From: Mobula hypostoma
Taxonomy: Eukaryota
Length of the DNA: 64,000 bases
Direction: 5' to 3'
Assembly (NCBI RefSeq): GCF_963921235.1
Contig: NC_086107.1
Location: 93,188,001 to 93,252,000, forward strand
The translations under genes and the position numbers were made by a program. Shown piece after piece: positions 25,151 to 37,700 of this stretch. The notes below the pieces were generated by a model. It saw only the letters and a program-made list of their open reading frames with translations, made no database searches and was not told where the DNA came from. The first letter of the stretch is position 1; each line of letters opens with the position of its first letter.

Positions 25151-25774
25151 CTTACAGTACAGTATCGATCCCTGTGGAGGTGTGCGCGCTCTCGTGCATG
25201 TGTCCATGCTCGTCTGCATGTGTGTTTGCAAGCCTGATTTCATCAGCGACGTGCTCTGCTGCCGTATGCACAGTGTTGCCACTGGACAATGGGTTCAGCA
25301 GCATCTGAATCTGTCTTGACGTAGTTTAGATCTGAAATGTCACCAATACCTTTCATCCCACAATTGCCACTCGACACACTGAGTTCCTCCAGCTGATTGT
25401 TACTGTAGATTATAAACTACTCACATCCACCCTTGTAAGCTTAATATTGCTGCTCCTTAGTCCTTGACCTATTATCTAACAGGAAGAGCTTAAATCTTCC
25501 CCCTGCCATTGAAACAGTCACGATTTATTCCTGCTCAGTCTAATCTCTCTACATCCTCCTTTAGCTCAAGAAGAACGACCCCATCTCCTCCAGTCTAACT
25601 CTGGACTAACATCCTTTATCTCTCCTCTGAAATACCTTGCCCATCTCTCTCAGCAATTACTAGACTGTACCTGCAAAGACCAGTGTCACTGTGAGAGGAG
25701 GTATCTCCAGGTCCGTCAAAGTGCGGTGATCAGAAATGAATGCATTACCAAGTTGAATCACAAGGAGTACTGCC

Positions 25775-26850
25775 ACGAGAATGCAGTATCCATCATCAAG
25801 GACCCCTATTGTAAGACATAGAACCAGAATTAAGCTATTTGGCCCATCAAGTCTGCTCTGCCATTCCAACATGGCTGATTTATTATTCCCCTCAACTCCA
25901 TTCTCCTGACTTCTTCCCTTAACCTTTGACACCCTTACTAATCAAAAACCTATCAACCTCCACTTTAAATATATCCAGTGACTTGCCCTCCACAGCTGTC
26001 TACGGCCATGAGTTCCACAGATTCACCATCCTTTTGTGAAACTCCTCCTCGACCCTGTTCTAAATAGGCATCCCTCTATTCTGAGGCTCTGGCCTCTGGT
26101 TCTAGACTCACCCACTATAGGAAACATCCTCTCCATATCCATTCTACCTCGGCCTTTCAATATTCGATAGGTTTCAATGAGATCCCCCTGCATTCCTCTA
26201 AACTCCAGAGAGACAGGCCCAAAGCAAACATACGTTAACCCTTACCTTCCTGGAATCTTCACATGAATCTCCTTGCTTTTATATTCTAGGCTAGTCCTCT
26301 TGAAATGAATGCTAACATTGCATTTGCCTTCCTTACCACTGACTCAACCTGCAAGTTAACTTTTAGGGAATCCTGCACAAGGACTTCCAAGTCTCTTGGC
26401 ACCACTGATTTCTGAATTTGCTCCCTGTTTCAAAAACAATCTGGTCCTTTATTCCCTCTACCATCCAGGCCATGTTCTCTTCTTGCTGCTACCATTGGGA
26501 AGGACGTTAAGATATCTTAGGTGCCACACCACCAGGTTCAGGACCAGTTATTACCCTACAACCATCAAGCTCCTATACTACTATGGATCCCTCACTCACC
26601 ACAACACTGAACTGATTCCACAACCTATAGACTCACTTGCAAAGATTCCACAAATTATGTTCTCAGTATTAATTTTATTTTCGTATTTTACCTTCTTTTT
26701 CAAATCGGCTGTTTGTCAGTCTTTCTTTATGTATAGTTTTTCATGAATTCTTTTATATTTATTTAGTTTCTTGTGAATGCCTGCAAGAAAATGAATCTCT
26801 TGTATATGTATATGGTGATATATATGTACTTTGGTGATAAATTTACTTTG
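25775..26850. mobile_element. Rex1/Babar 3' end (+) split by a CR1 3' fragment (-, 25810-26460)
   Basis: CATCAAGGACCCC|...|ACCATCCAGGCCATG is continuous across the CR1 insert. Confidence 0.8.
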
Positions 26851-27056
26851 ACTTGGTGGCAACCAATGCATTTTTTTGGTTTTGTTGAAGCAAATTCAAA
26901 TAACTGTTATGTTTCTTTAGTGAAGCATGCAGGTCGCTCCACACGCAACACTTCAACGCAGTGCAGGTGAAGTGTGAGGGTGCCTTTCTGGAGGTTAAAG
27001 TTATAATATCGTCTCCTTCACTGCCCTGACAACCCGATGCCAGATCCGTGGGTGCA

Positions 27057-27075
27057 GCTCTCCCTCTAGTGGTCA
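27057..27075 (-). promoter_or_regulatory. CTCF-like motif TGACCACTAGAGGGAGAGC
   Basis: Matches the CCACYAGRGGG core, in unique sequence. Confidence 0.45.
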
Positions 27076-27189
27076 CAGCCCGTAGTGCAGCAGGACCCAT
27101 CTGATGAAATCAGGCGTGCGACCGCATACTGTACATATACTGACACACATACACTCCTCCACAGGGGTGGACACGTACATACAAGTATG

Positions 27190-27235
<46 letters not shown>

Positions 27236-27314
27236 AGCAAGTGTACATGTATATGTAAGGTAAAATAATTCTTGAGAACAGCCTCTATCCCTCTGTTATC
27301 ACGTTCTGGAGTAC

Positions 27315-27635
27315 AACTCCTATATGATAAAAGACTCAGATGAAAAACATTGAAGCGTACAGTGAAATGTAGCGCCTGCGTCAAATCAAATTCGCAAGAC
27401 TGTGCTGGCAGGCAGCCAGCAAGTGTCTCCACACTTCCGGCAGCAACATAGCATGTCCACAATTTACTAACCCTAACCCGTAGGTCTTTGGAATGTGGGA
27501 GGAAAGCGGAGCACCCAGAGGAAACTTAGGAAATCTTGGGGAGTACACACCAACTTTTATAGGCAGCAGCGGGAATCGAACCCTGGTTGATGATTGCTGC
27601 CGCTGTAAAGCAAACGTGCTAACCACTATGCCACC
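27315..27635 (-). mobile_element. V-SINE with a Rex-type tail
   Basis: B box GGTTCGATTCCC on the minus strand; V-domain. Confidence 0.85.
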
Positions 27636-28147
27636 ATTCCACCCCGACCTCTTAATCTACCTCCTTGTGACCTTTGCACCTTATTTGTCTGCCTGAACCT
27701 CTCTTTCTCTATAACAACAACATTATATTTTGTATTCTGCTGTTGCTTTTCCCGTTTTTGCTACCTCAACGTACTTACGTTTGGAATGATCTGTCTGGTC
27801 AAGATGCAAAACTTGGCCTTACAACTAGCTGAAGGGAAGTCAGAGCCCACAGTATGTTCTCTGAGACCCACAGGCCAGTCAGGTCCTGACAAGCAATAGA
27901 CATGAAGTCAGGAGCCTTAAAAGAATGGTGGTCTCCCCCGAGATTATGTTTGAAATCTAAACGTTACTTTCAGAAATCGACTCGAGATGAGCGCGGAGGC
28001 TTTTGTATTCCAATCCCACATGCAGCAGCGATGTGTCCGGGAGATCAGAGTGCGTTAGAATGATTCAGTTAACTCAAGCTGGAACTGGAGCCTCTGTCAT
28101 CCCAGAGTACAGCTTCAGAATAGAAGCATGTCCCTTTAGAACAGAGA

Positions 28148-28905
28148 GTCAGAATCAGGTTTAATATCACTGGCATGTGTCGTGAAATTTGTTAACTTTA
28201 CGGCAGCAGTACAATGTAATACATGATAAATAAATATAGATAAAAAACTGAATTACAGTGAGTATGTATGTCTATTAAATAATTAAAGTAAGCAGTGCAA
28301 AATATCCAAAAATAAAAACCTAGTGAGGTAGTGTTCATGGGCTCAACGTCCATTTAGAAATCGGAAGGCAGATGGGAAGAAGCTGCTCCTGGATCACTCA
28401 GTATATGTCTTCAGGCGTCCACACCTCATTTCTGATGGTAACAATGAGAAGAGGGCATCTCCTGGGTGGTGGGGGTCCTTAATGATGGACGCTGCCTTCC
28501 TAAGGCTCCGTTCCTTGAAGTTGTCTTGGATACTACGGAGGCTGGTACCCATGATAGAGATGACTAACTTTACACATTTCTGCAACTTACTTCGATCTTG
28601 TGCAGTAGCCCTCCCCTCCAATACCAGAGGTTCATTTTATTATCAAATTATGCATGTACAATACATCTCTGATATATTCAAGGAAGTGGTGATGCAGCCA
28701 GTCAAAATGCTCTCCATGGCACATCTGTAGAAACTTTCAAGTGTTTTAGTCGACAGACTGAATCTCCGCAAACTCCAAATGAAATATACCCACTGTCTTG
28801 CCTTCTTTATAGCTGCATCAATATGTTACATCAGGTTAGGTCCTCAGTGATATAGACACCCAGGAACTTGAAATTGCTCACTCTCTCCACTTCTGATCCC
28901 TCTGT
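28148..28905 (-). mobile_element. Rex1/Babar LINE 3' fragment nested in a CR1 3' fragment (28095-29050)
   Basis: ORF 28394-28621 KAASIIKDPHHPGDALFSLLPS; (TCTGA)n tail; the CR1 resumes at 28905. Confidence 0.85.
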
Positions 28906-29379
28906 GAGGAGGAATTTCATTAGCCAGAAGGAGATGAATCTGTGGAATTCGTTGCCACAGATGGCTGTGGAGGCTAAATCATTGGGTATATTTAATGATT
29001 CTTGATTAGTAAGGGTGTCAAGGGTTATGGGGAGAATGCAGGGGGAATAAGAGAGATATAAAATCTTAGCCCTTCCTAATTCAAACAGAGCAAGAAATAC
29101 ACAGAAAATGGTTGGTTATTGAGCGGTGTCAAGGGAGACAGAGATACTGGGTACATGTCAACAGGTCTCTGAGAGCAGAACATAGGACAGTAGAGGGCAG
29201 TACAGGAACTTTGGCCCACAGTGCCCTGCTAATCTCTTAACCCATTCCAAGGGCAATCTAACCCTTCTCTTCTACATAGCTCTCCATTTTTCCTTCATCA
29301 AGGTGCCCATCTAAGAGTCTCTGACATATCCCTAATATATCTGCCTTGCAAACTGTTATTTCTGGGCAACAACAGAGGG

Positions 29380-30290
29380 ATCTCCTCAGCTGTCTATTCT
29401 GGTGCCCCTCTTCCTTCCCTTTCTCCATGGTCCACTGTCATCTCCGATCAGATTCCTTCTTCTTCAGGCCTTTATCCCTTCCACCGATCATCTCCCAGTT
29501 TCTCACTTCACCCTCTCTCCCTCAGCCACCTACCTTCCCCCTCACCTGGTCTCACCCATCACCTGCCCCTTCCCCTCCACTTTCTTAATCTGACTTCTGC
29601 CCCCTTCCTTTCCAGTTCCAAAGGGTCTTCCCTGAAATATCGACAGTTTATTCCCCTCCACAGAAGCTGCCTGATTTGCCGAGTTCCTCCAGCATTTGGT
29701 GTGTGTTATAACGAATAGGAACCTTCTCTAGCTGGGCATTCCACACAAGAGGTTCTGCAGATGCTGGAAATTCAGAGCAACACACATAAAATGCTGGAGG
29801 AACTCAGCAGGTCAGGTTCTGAGAAAGGACTTTGGCCCAAAACAACAACTATTTATTCCTCTCTATAGTTGCTGCCAGACCTGCTGAGTTTCTCCAGCAT
29901 TTGGTGTGTGCTGCTCAAGATTTCAAGCATCTGCAGAACCTCTTGTGTTTAGTAAAGGGATAGAGTTACAATAACCGGCAAAGGATTCCAGGAGTGAGGA
30001 GGAGTATTTTATCCAAAGTCTGTGTTGGCGAGGGTGGGGGGGGGGGGAGAGTCATTCCAAAAGCAACAAGGAACTGCTTAAATGGAGACAAAATAGATTG
30101 TGCAGTTGCTGGAAATCCAGAGCAACACACAGAAAATGTTGGAGGAACTCAGCAGGTCAGGTAGCATCTATGGAGGAGAATTAACAGTTGGTGTGTTAGG
30201 CTGAAACCCTTCATCAGAAAGCCTGGTGAAAGGTCTTTGCAAAAGTTGTTGACTGTTTATTCCCCTCCATGGATATTGCCTGACCTCAGA
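29380..30290. mobile_element. Cluster of Penelope-like 3' UTR/terminal repeats, including fold-back pairs 29742-29950 and ~30090-30290
   Basis: Repeated CTGCAGATGCTGGAAAT..AATGCTGGAGGAACTCAGCAGGTC in both orientations; TCATCAG (reverse complement of CTGATGA) at 30211. Confidence 0.75.
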
Positions 30291-30624
30291 GTTCAAAGTT
30301 CTAAGTAAATTTATTATCAAAATACATATACCTGTACGTACAGCCCTGAGATTCATTTTCTTGTAGGCATACTCAGTAAATCCAATGAAAGCCTGCAGCA
30401 GCTTGGGTGGTCAACCAGAGTGCAATAAACTGTACAAATACAAACAGAAAGAAATAGCAACAATAAATAAATAAACAATAAGTATTGGTAGCATAAGATG
30501 ACCAGTCCTTGAAAGCGAGTCTATGGTTGTGGGAACATTTCAGTGATGGGGCAAGTGAAGTTGAGTAAAGTTACCCAACTAGTGGAGCAGTTGAAGTTGT
30601 CCACATGGAACCCTGGAGTGGTGC

Positions 30625-30950
30625 AACGTGGAGACAGACTCTTCAACACTCCAAGTCCACACCGACCACTAACATCTATTGATGCGACACTAATTCTATT
30701 TTATTCTCTGAGCACTTTCATGAACTTTCCCCTCCCTCACCCCCTAGATTGTGCCCTGCCCCCACACACGAGGGACATTTTACATCAGAGGGTTAACCTC
30801 CAACCCGCACGTCTTTGGATGTGGGAGGAAACCAGAGCACCGGGGGGAAGCCCACTCGGCCGCTGGGTGAACGTGCAGACTCCACGCAGGTAGTGCTGGA
30901 GATCGGGGTGGAACCCAGATCACCGTAGCTGGGAGGCATAACTGTGTGGC
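30625..30950 (-). mobile_element. V-SINE
   Basis: GTCTTTGGATGTGGGAGGAAACCAGAGCACCGG. Confidence 0.75.
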
Positions 30951-31069
30951 CTCGCAATAGAGAGCTGGTAAGTGGGATTAGATGGAAAATCCTTCTCCAG
31001 CTGGTCTGAACATGACGGGACGAATGGCCTCATTCTCTGTACATGTTGGCAGTCTGAAGATCCTTATTC

Positions 31070-31390
31070 CAATAAGATCACCCCACTGTTCCCTATGCAG
31101 AAAACTAATCCATCAAATTCCTTCTGCTTCAACCCTTTACCTCTTCCATCTATCAGCTCCCAGCTTCTCACATCAATCCCTTTCACCCAACCCTCCTCCA
31201 CCACCAACCTCCCTTCCCCCCTCACCTGGATTCACCTGCCGACTTGTGCTCCCCCCCATCTCTTTTATTCTAACCTCACCCCCCGCCCGGCCCCACTTCC
31301 TTTCCAGTCCAGATAAAGGCTCTCACCCTGAATTGTCACCTGTTCACTGATGCTGCCTGAACCCCTGCGGTCCCTCCAGTGTTGCTACCA
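31070..31390 (+). mobile_element. Penelope-like 3' UTR + terminus, decayed
   Basis: Homologous to 29420-29710. Confidence 0.65.
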
Positions 31391-31747
31391 ACAGGTTCCT
31401 CCCTTCCATCCATTGCTCAGATCTTTCCAATTCAACCAACATCTTTGCAACGTCATTTGAAGAAACTGAATTAACCCGTAGCTCATTATGAGCATATCTA
31501 AAGATGGATGTTCTGGACCTGGAGAGGGTCCAGAAGGGGTCCCCAAATATGATTTGGGAATGAAAAGATTGATGTATGAGGGGGCGTATAATGCTTCTGG
31601 GCCTGTGCTCAATGGAGTTCAGGAGGATGGGGGATGGTGGGAAACCACTCATCTTTACTTGCCCCATCATTCAACTATTCCCATAATCAATGGACTATTC
31701 ATCTCATGTACTTGATATTTATTGCCTATTTATTATCACTATATCTT

Positions 31748-32070
31748 CGACAGGCTGGGTAATCCAGGTGAGGGTAGCCAAACTGGTCTGAAACCCTTGC
31801 TGAGACAGGAATTGGCTCATCCCAGCATGTGAAGACTGCTTCAGCGGATCGGGCGAAGGAAACCCCAGGGGTTCAGCGGCTGAGAAGGCGTTGCAGCAGC
31901 GCATTGTGGAGTGCTCAGGGCGCGACAGACATGGCCATCCAATGCAGCCAAGGAAGTTTCCAGACGTAACCATTCTTCGTGCCACTGGATCCTGACTTCT
32001 GAGGCCGAGAGAGGGGGATCGTCTCTGTGCAAGGCTTTTCCAGTTTAATATCTTTCACGCACTGGTTACG
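31748..32070 (+). mobile_element. RTE-like short element fragment (relative of 17940-18450)
   Basis: Shared motifs in the same order. Confidence 0.55.
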
Positions 32071-32085
32071 TTGTGCAACATAAGT

Positions 32086-32275
32086 CGGCTGTTGGCGCGG
32101 TGAGATCAGCGCCAGGCTCGAGAACGGAGGTTCCTGAGTTCGATCCAGTGACAGGCCGCCCCCGGGCACGCTCTCCATCCGTGATGGGTTGACGTCGAGC
32201 TCGCAACTCGGCCTCGTGAAAAAAACACTGCCACCCTGCACAATGTGGTCTTCCTCGGACCCCGAGAGACAACCT
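32086..32275 (+). mobile_element. tRNA-derived SINE distinct from the V-SINEs
   Basis: A-box-like TGGCGCGGTGAG and B box GAGTTCGATCC; CpG-rich. Confidence 0.6.
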
Positions 32276-32284
32276 ACACACATA

Positions 32285-34672
32285 TCTTTCCCCAATCAGA
32301 AGCCCTAGATGAACCATGAGATCTGAAACCTGCTGAGGGCCAGATCAGAAGCATTCGGGTCTGGAGACCAAGAAAACTACAAAATCACTAAGCACGACCT
32401 CCAGCAAGCCATCTCGTGGGTGAAGAGGAATTTCCAGACCAAATCTGAATCAACAAGGGATGCTCTACAGATGTGGCAGGGCTTGAATGATATCACCTCT
32501 TATAAAGTTAAATCAAGCGACATGGGAGACAGCAGGCTTCAATTCCAGGTGAGCTCAAGGCTTTCTATGCTCACTTTGATTACTAGAACATGAAGGAACT
32601 AGCGTGAGCTCCCACATCCCCCTGATGATCCTGTGATTTGAATCTCTGAAGCTGGCGTGCAGGAGGGTGAACTTACGGAAAGCGTTGGACTGGACGGGGT
32701 ACCTGACCACGCGTTAAAAATCTGCGTTGATCAGCTGGCTGGTGTGCTCACAGAGATCTTCAACCTCTCGCTTCAACAGTGTCTGGCACCCACCTGCTTC
32801 AAGCGGGCTTCGATTATACTGAATCCCAAGAAGAGCGAGGTGACCGGCCTCAATGACTACCGTCCAGATGAACTTACATCCACCATGATGAGTCTGACAC
32901 CTCTTTAGAGCCTCCAAGAGAGAGGCACTGGCACCAGTGCGCTCCACTGGGGGCAGTGCACTCCGCTGGGGGCAGTGCGCTCCACTGGGGGCAGTGCGGC
33001 ACAGCATCCAGCTGGAGTCGGTGCTGCCCCCCAGTGTTTGTTCAGCAGAAGACAAGCTCTATTGTGCAGATTCCTGCAGCATTCATGGGCTCAGGTTCTG
33101 GACAATTATTTTTTGTGTGGCTCTATTTTATTGATGTCTTTATGTGCTTGCTATCTTGTATGTGCTACGCGTGGTTTGTGCTGTGTGTGACTGTTGGTAT
33201 TGTGTTTTGTGCCTTGACCCCGGAGTAATGGGGTCACGATTGTCTGTATTCATGGGTATTTATGTATGGTTGAACGACAATTAAACTTGAATTGAAGCAT
33301 TTTGAGATGTTGGTGTTGAAACATAGCGGCTCCTGCCTGAGAGGCAACTTGGATCTGCTCCAATTTGCCTACCAGTCAAAAAGGTCCACAGCAGTTGCCA
33401 TCTCATTGGCTCTTCACTTAACCCTGGAAAAGCTGGACAGCGAAGATACATACGTCAGGATGCTCTTTATTGACTACAGCTCAGCATTCAATACCATCAT
33501 CCCCTCAAATCTAATTAATAAACTCAAGACCTTGGCCTCAACACCTCACTGTGCAATTGGATTCTGGATTTTCTCACTTGTAGACCCTAGTCAGTTTGAA
33601 TTGGCAACAACATCTCCTCCACAATCTCCATCAGCACTGGTACGCCACAGAGCTGTGTGTTCTACTCGCTTTACACCTATGACTGGGCAGTTAAGTACAG
33701 CTCCAACACCACATTCAAGTTTGCTGTCGTTGGCCAAATCAAAGGTGGTGATGAATCAGCATACAGGAGGGAGATTGAAAATCTGGCTGAGTGGTGTCAT
33801 AACAACAACCTTTCACTCAAATGTCAACAAAACCAAGGAACTAATTGTAGGTTTCAGGAGAGGTCCATAAACCAGTCCTCACTGGAGGATCAGAGGTGGA
33901 GAGGGTCAGTAACTTCCAATTCCCAGGTGTTGCTCCTTCGAAGGACCTGTCCTAAGCCCAGCACCTAAGAGCAATCAGGAAGAAAACACGATAGCGCCTC
34001 TACTTCTTTAGGAGTTTGTGGAGACTCAGCATGACATTTAAAACTTTGACAAACTTCTATTGATGTGTGGTGGAGAGTATATTGACTGGCTGCATCATGG
34101 CCTGGTATGGAAACACCAATGCCCCTGAATGGGAAATCCTGCAAAACATAGGCCTGGTCCATCACAGTAAAGACCTTCCAACTATTGAGCACATCTACAT
34201 GAAGGAGCGCAGTGTCCATCATCAGGGATCTCCACCACCCAGGCCATGCTCTTTTCTCGCTGCTGCCATCAGGTAGAAGGTACAGGAGCCTCAGGACTCG
34301 CACCACCAGGTTCAAGAGCAGTTACTATCACTCAGCTGTCAGGCTGTTGAACCAAAGGGGATAATTTCACTCAACTTCGCTTGCCCTGTCACTGAAATGT
34401 TCCCACAACCAATGGATTCACTTTCAAGAACTTTGTCTCATCTTCTCATCTCTTATTGCTATTTATTTATATTTGCATCTGCACAGTTTGCTGTCTTCTG
34501 CATTCTGGTTGATCACCCTAGCTGGGTGGTCTTTCATTGATCCTGTTATAGTTACTATTCTATAGATTTGTCGAGTGTGTCCACAAGAAAATGAATCTCA
34601 GTGTTGTATATGGTGATATATATGCACTTTGATCATAAAATTTACTTTCAACTTTCAACTTTGAACTTTGAA
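32285..34672 (+). mobile_element. Rex1/Babar-clade LINE (RT domain + 3' end), 5'-truncated and decayed
   Basis: GLDGV..LTEIFNLSL..LNDYRP; LQFAY..VRMLFIDYSSAFNTI; VESILTGCIMAWYGN; (ACTTTGA)n tail. Confidence 0.9.
32894..33292 (+). mobile_element. Short non-autonomous insert inside the Rex1 RT, carrying three 19-bp tandem repeats
   Basis: Interrupts ..TSTMM|KHFE..; ends ATTAAACTTGAATTGA; period-19 CAGTGCGCTCCACTGGGGG at 32935-32997. Confidence 0.7.
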
Positions 34673-34721
34673 CCTACTAGATACCAAAAGGCCTGGAGAG
34701 AGTAAATGCAGAGGTGTTTAC

Positions 34722-37700
34722 TGGACATTGGATTGCATAGTGGGAGAGAATTTTCAAAACAAGCAAGTGAGAGTGTGTAGGACATTCTACACACTGCAGT
34801 TCTCTTGGAGCCATTGGATTGAGCATAATTAGACTCTTGGCAAGGGCCAAATTAGATTTAAGCAGAGCGGCCATCATGAGAGTGGGACAGTGTTAGAGTG
34901 GAGAATTCAGACTTTGGTTCATAGAGGCTTCGGTGAGGAAAGGCAGAGGTTGCTGAAACATGTATTTGTTTCATTTTTCTTGCTTTTTTTATTGCACAGT
35001 TAGAGCAGTGGGGATGCCAGAAAAGGTAATAGAATGCTCCTCTTGCAAGTTGTGGGAAGGCACAAAGACATCCAGTGTCTTTGATGACTACACCTGCAGG
35101 AACTGCATCCAGCTGCAACTTTTTTTCAGACCGCGATGTAGAATAGGAGCTGGAACTGGACAAACTCCAGATCATTAGGGAGACTGAGGGTTTGATCAAC
35201 AGGTGATACATGGAGGAAGTTACATCCGAGGTTCGGGAATCAGGTAACTGGGACCGTTAAGAGAGGGAAAGGCGATAGGCAGCCAGTGCTGAGTACCTCT
35301 GTGGCCATTCCCCTCAATAACAGGTACACTGCTGTGGATAATGTTGTGGGGGGGGAGGGTGGTGCTGGGGTGAGAGATGACCCAGCAGAGGAAAACCACA
35401 ATAGTCTGGTCTCTGCAACTGGGTCTAGCTCTGTGGCTCAGAGGGGAAGAGGGGAGAACAGGTGAGCTGTAGTGATAGTGGATTCAATGTTTAGGAGAAC
35501 AGACCAGATGCTCTGTGGATGAGAATAGGATTCCTGGAATGGTATGTTTCGTATTGGGTGCCGGGATCAGGAGCATCTTGAATCTAGTCCACAGCATTGT
35601 TAAGTGGAAGAGTGAACAGCTAGAGGCTGTGGTCCACATTGGTACCAATGACATGGGTAGACAGGGCAATGGGGTCCTGCAAAGTAAGTTTGGGGAGTTA
35701 GATGCTAAGCTAAAGGACAGGACCTCCAGGGTTGTGATTTCAGGATTGCTACCCATACCACGTGCTGGTGAGACCAGAAATAGGAAGATCATACAGTTTA
35801 ACACATGACTAAGGAGTTGGTGCAGGAGGGAGGGCTTCACATTTTTGGATTTTTGGGCTCTCTTCCAGGGAAGGTGGGACCTGTACTGACAGGACGGTTT
35901 GCACTTGAACGGGAGGGGGACTAATATCCTAGTGGGAAGGTTTGCTAGTGTTGCACGGGGTTGAACAGAGGTGGTGGTGGGGGGATTAAAACTAGAGTTG
36001 CAGAGGGATGGGAACCAGAACAGCAGAAGAGATAGTGGAGAGGTTGTGAAGAAAGATGTTGTTAAGCCTACATACATAGTCAGGAATCATGGTTGGTGGG
36101 ACTAATATTCTGAGCTGCGAATATTTCAATGCAAGGAGTATTGTATGAAAGGCGGATGAGCTTAGGGCATGGATCAGCATATGGAATTATGATATTGTAG
36201 CCATTGGTGAGACTTGGTTGCAGGACAGGAGGGGCAGGACTGGCAGCTCAATGTTCCAGGATTCTGTTGTTTTAGACTTGATTGAGTGGGAAGGAATTAA
36301 AGAGGGAGGGGTGGCATTACTAATCAGAGAAAATGTCTCAGCAGTGCTCAGACAGGACAGACTGGAGAACCAAACGACTGAGGTTAAATAAGTGGAACTG
36401 TGGAATAAGAAATGGATGACCACATTAATGGGTCACTATAGATCACCTAATAGATTGCGGGATTTAGAGGAGCAAATTTGTGGTGAGATTGCAGACTGCT
36501 GCAAGAAACAAGAAGTTGTGGTAGAACATAGAGCATAGCTTTCCACATTTGATTCGGTCTCCGAAAGGGCTGGATAAGATAGAATTTGTCAAATATATTC
36601 AGAAAAGTTTACTTCATCAGTAGATAGAAGTCCCAACTAGAGAGAGTGTGATACTAGATCTCTTATTAGGGAATGAGACAGGGCAGGTGACAGAAGTTTG
36701 TGTGAGGGAACATTTTGCATCTAATGATCATAAAGCCATTAGTTTCAAGGTAATTATGGAAAAAAGTAGGTCTGGTCCTTGGGTTGGTATTCTAAATTGG
36801 AGAAAGGCCAATTTTGATGGTATCAGAGAGGATCTGACAAGTGTGGACTGGGACAGGTTGTTTTCTGGCAAAGGTGTGCTTGGTAAGATGAGATTTTGGA
36901 AGTACAGTGTTTGTATGTTCCTGTCAGAAGGAAAGTCAGGGTATATCAAGTTTAGGGAACCCAGGTTTTCAAGAGATATTGAGGTCCTGGATAAGAAGAA
37001 GAAGGTGTGTAGTAGGTTTAGGCAGGAAGGGGCAGATGAGGTACTTGAGTATCACAGAAATGCAAGAGAACACTTGAGAATGAAATCAGGAGGGCTGAAA
37101 GAAGGCATGAGGTCGCTCTAGCAGAGAAGGTGAAGGAGAACTGCAAGGGCTTCTACAGCTATATTAAGAGCAAAAGGACAGCAAGGGACAAAATTGGTCC
37201 ACTTGAAGATCAGAGCAGTCATTGATACATGGAGATGAAAGAGATGGGGGAATCTTAAATGGCTTATTTTGTATCTGTATTTACTCAGAAGATGGACACA
37301 GAGTCTATAGATGTGAGGCTAGCGGCAGTGAGGTCATGGATTGTGTATGGATTACAGCGGAGGAGGTGTTCGCTATCTTGAGGCAAATTTGAGTGGATAA
37401 TTCCCCAGGGCCTGACAAGATGCTCTCTAGGTCTTGTTGGAGGCGTGCAGAAGTTGAAGGGACCCTAGCAAAGGTATTTAAAACATCCGTAGTCACAGGT
37501 GAGGTGCCGGAGGATTAGAGGATAGCTAATGTTGTTCCATTGTTCAAGAAAGGATCTATCAATAAACCAGGAAATTATAGGCTGGTGAGCCTGACATCAG
37601 CAGTGGGAAAATAACTGGAAGATCTTTGAAGGGTCTGGGTATATAAGCATTTGGGTAGGCAGGGACTAATTAGGAATAGTTAACATGGCTTTCTGCGTGG

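Noticed and set aside
26921..26966. Plus-strand micro-exon (TTTCTTTAG|...CAG|GTGAAG)
   Set aside because: The donor is weak, the 46-nt length shifts the frame, and there are no partner exons or recognisable peptide.
32160..32230. Twister ribozyme in the RTE-like SINE body
   Set aside because: Only downstream-like sequence is present; the twister core is not discernible.
32935..32997. Tandem CTCF sites (CCACTGGGGGCAG)
   Set aside because: The motif is one base short of the core and lacks the conserved AG.
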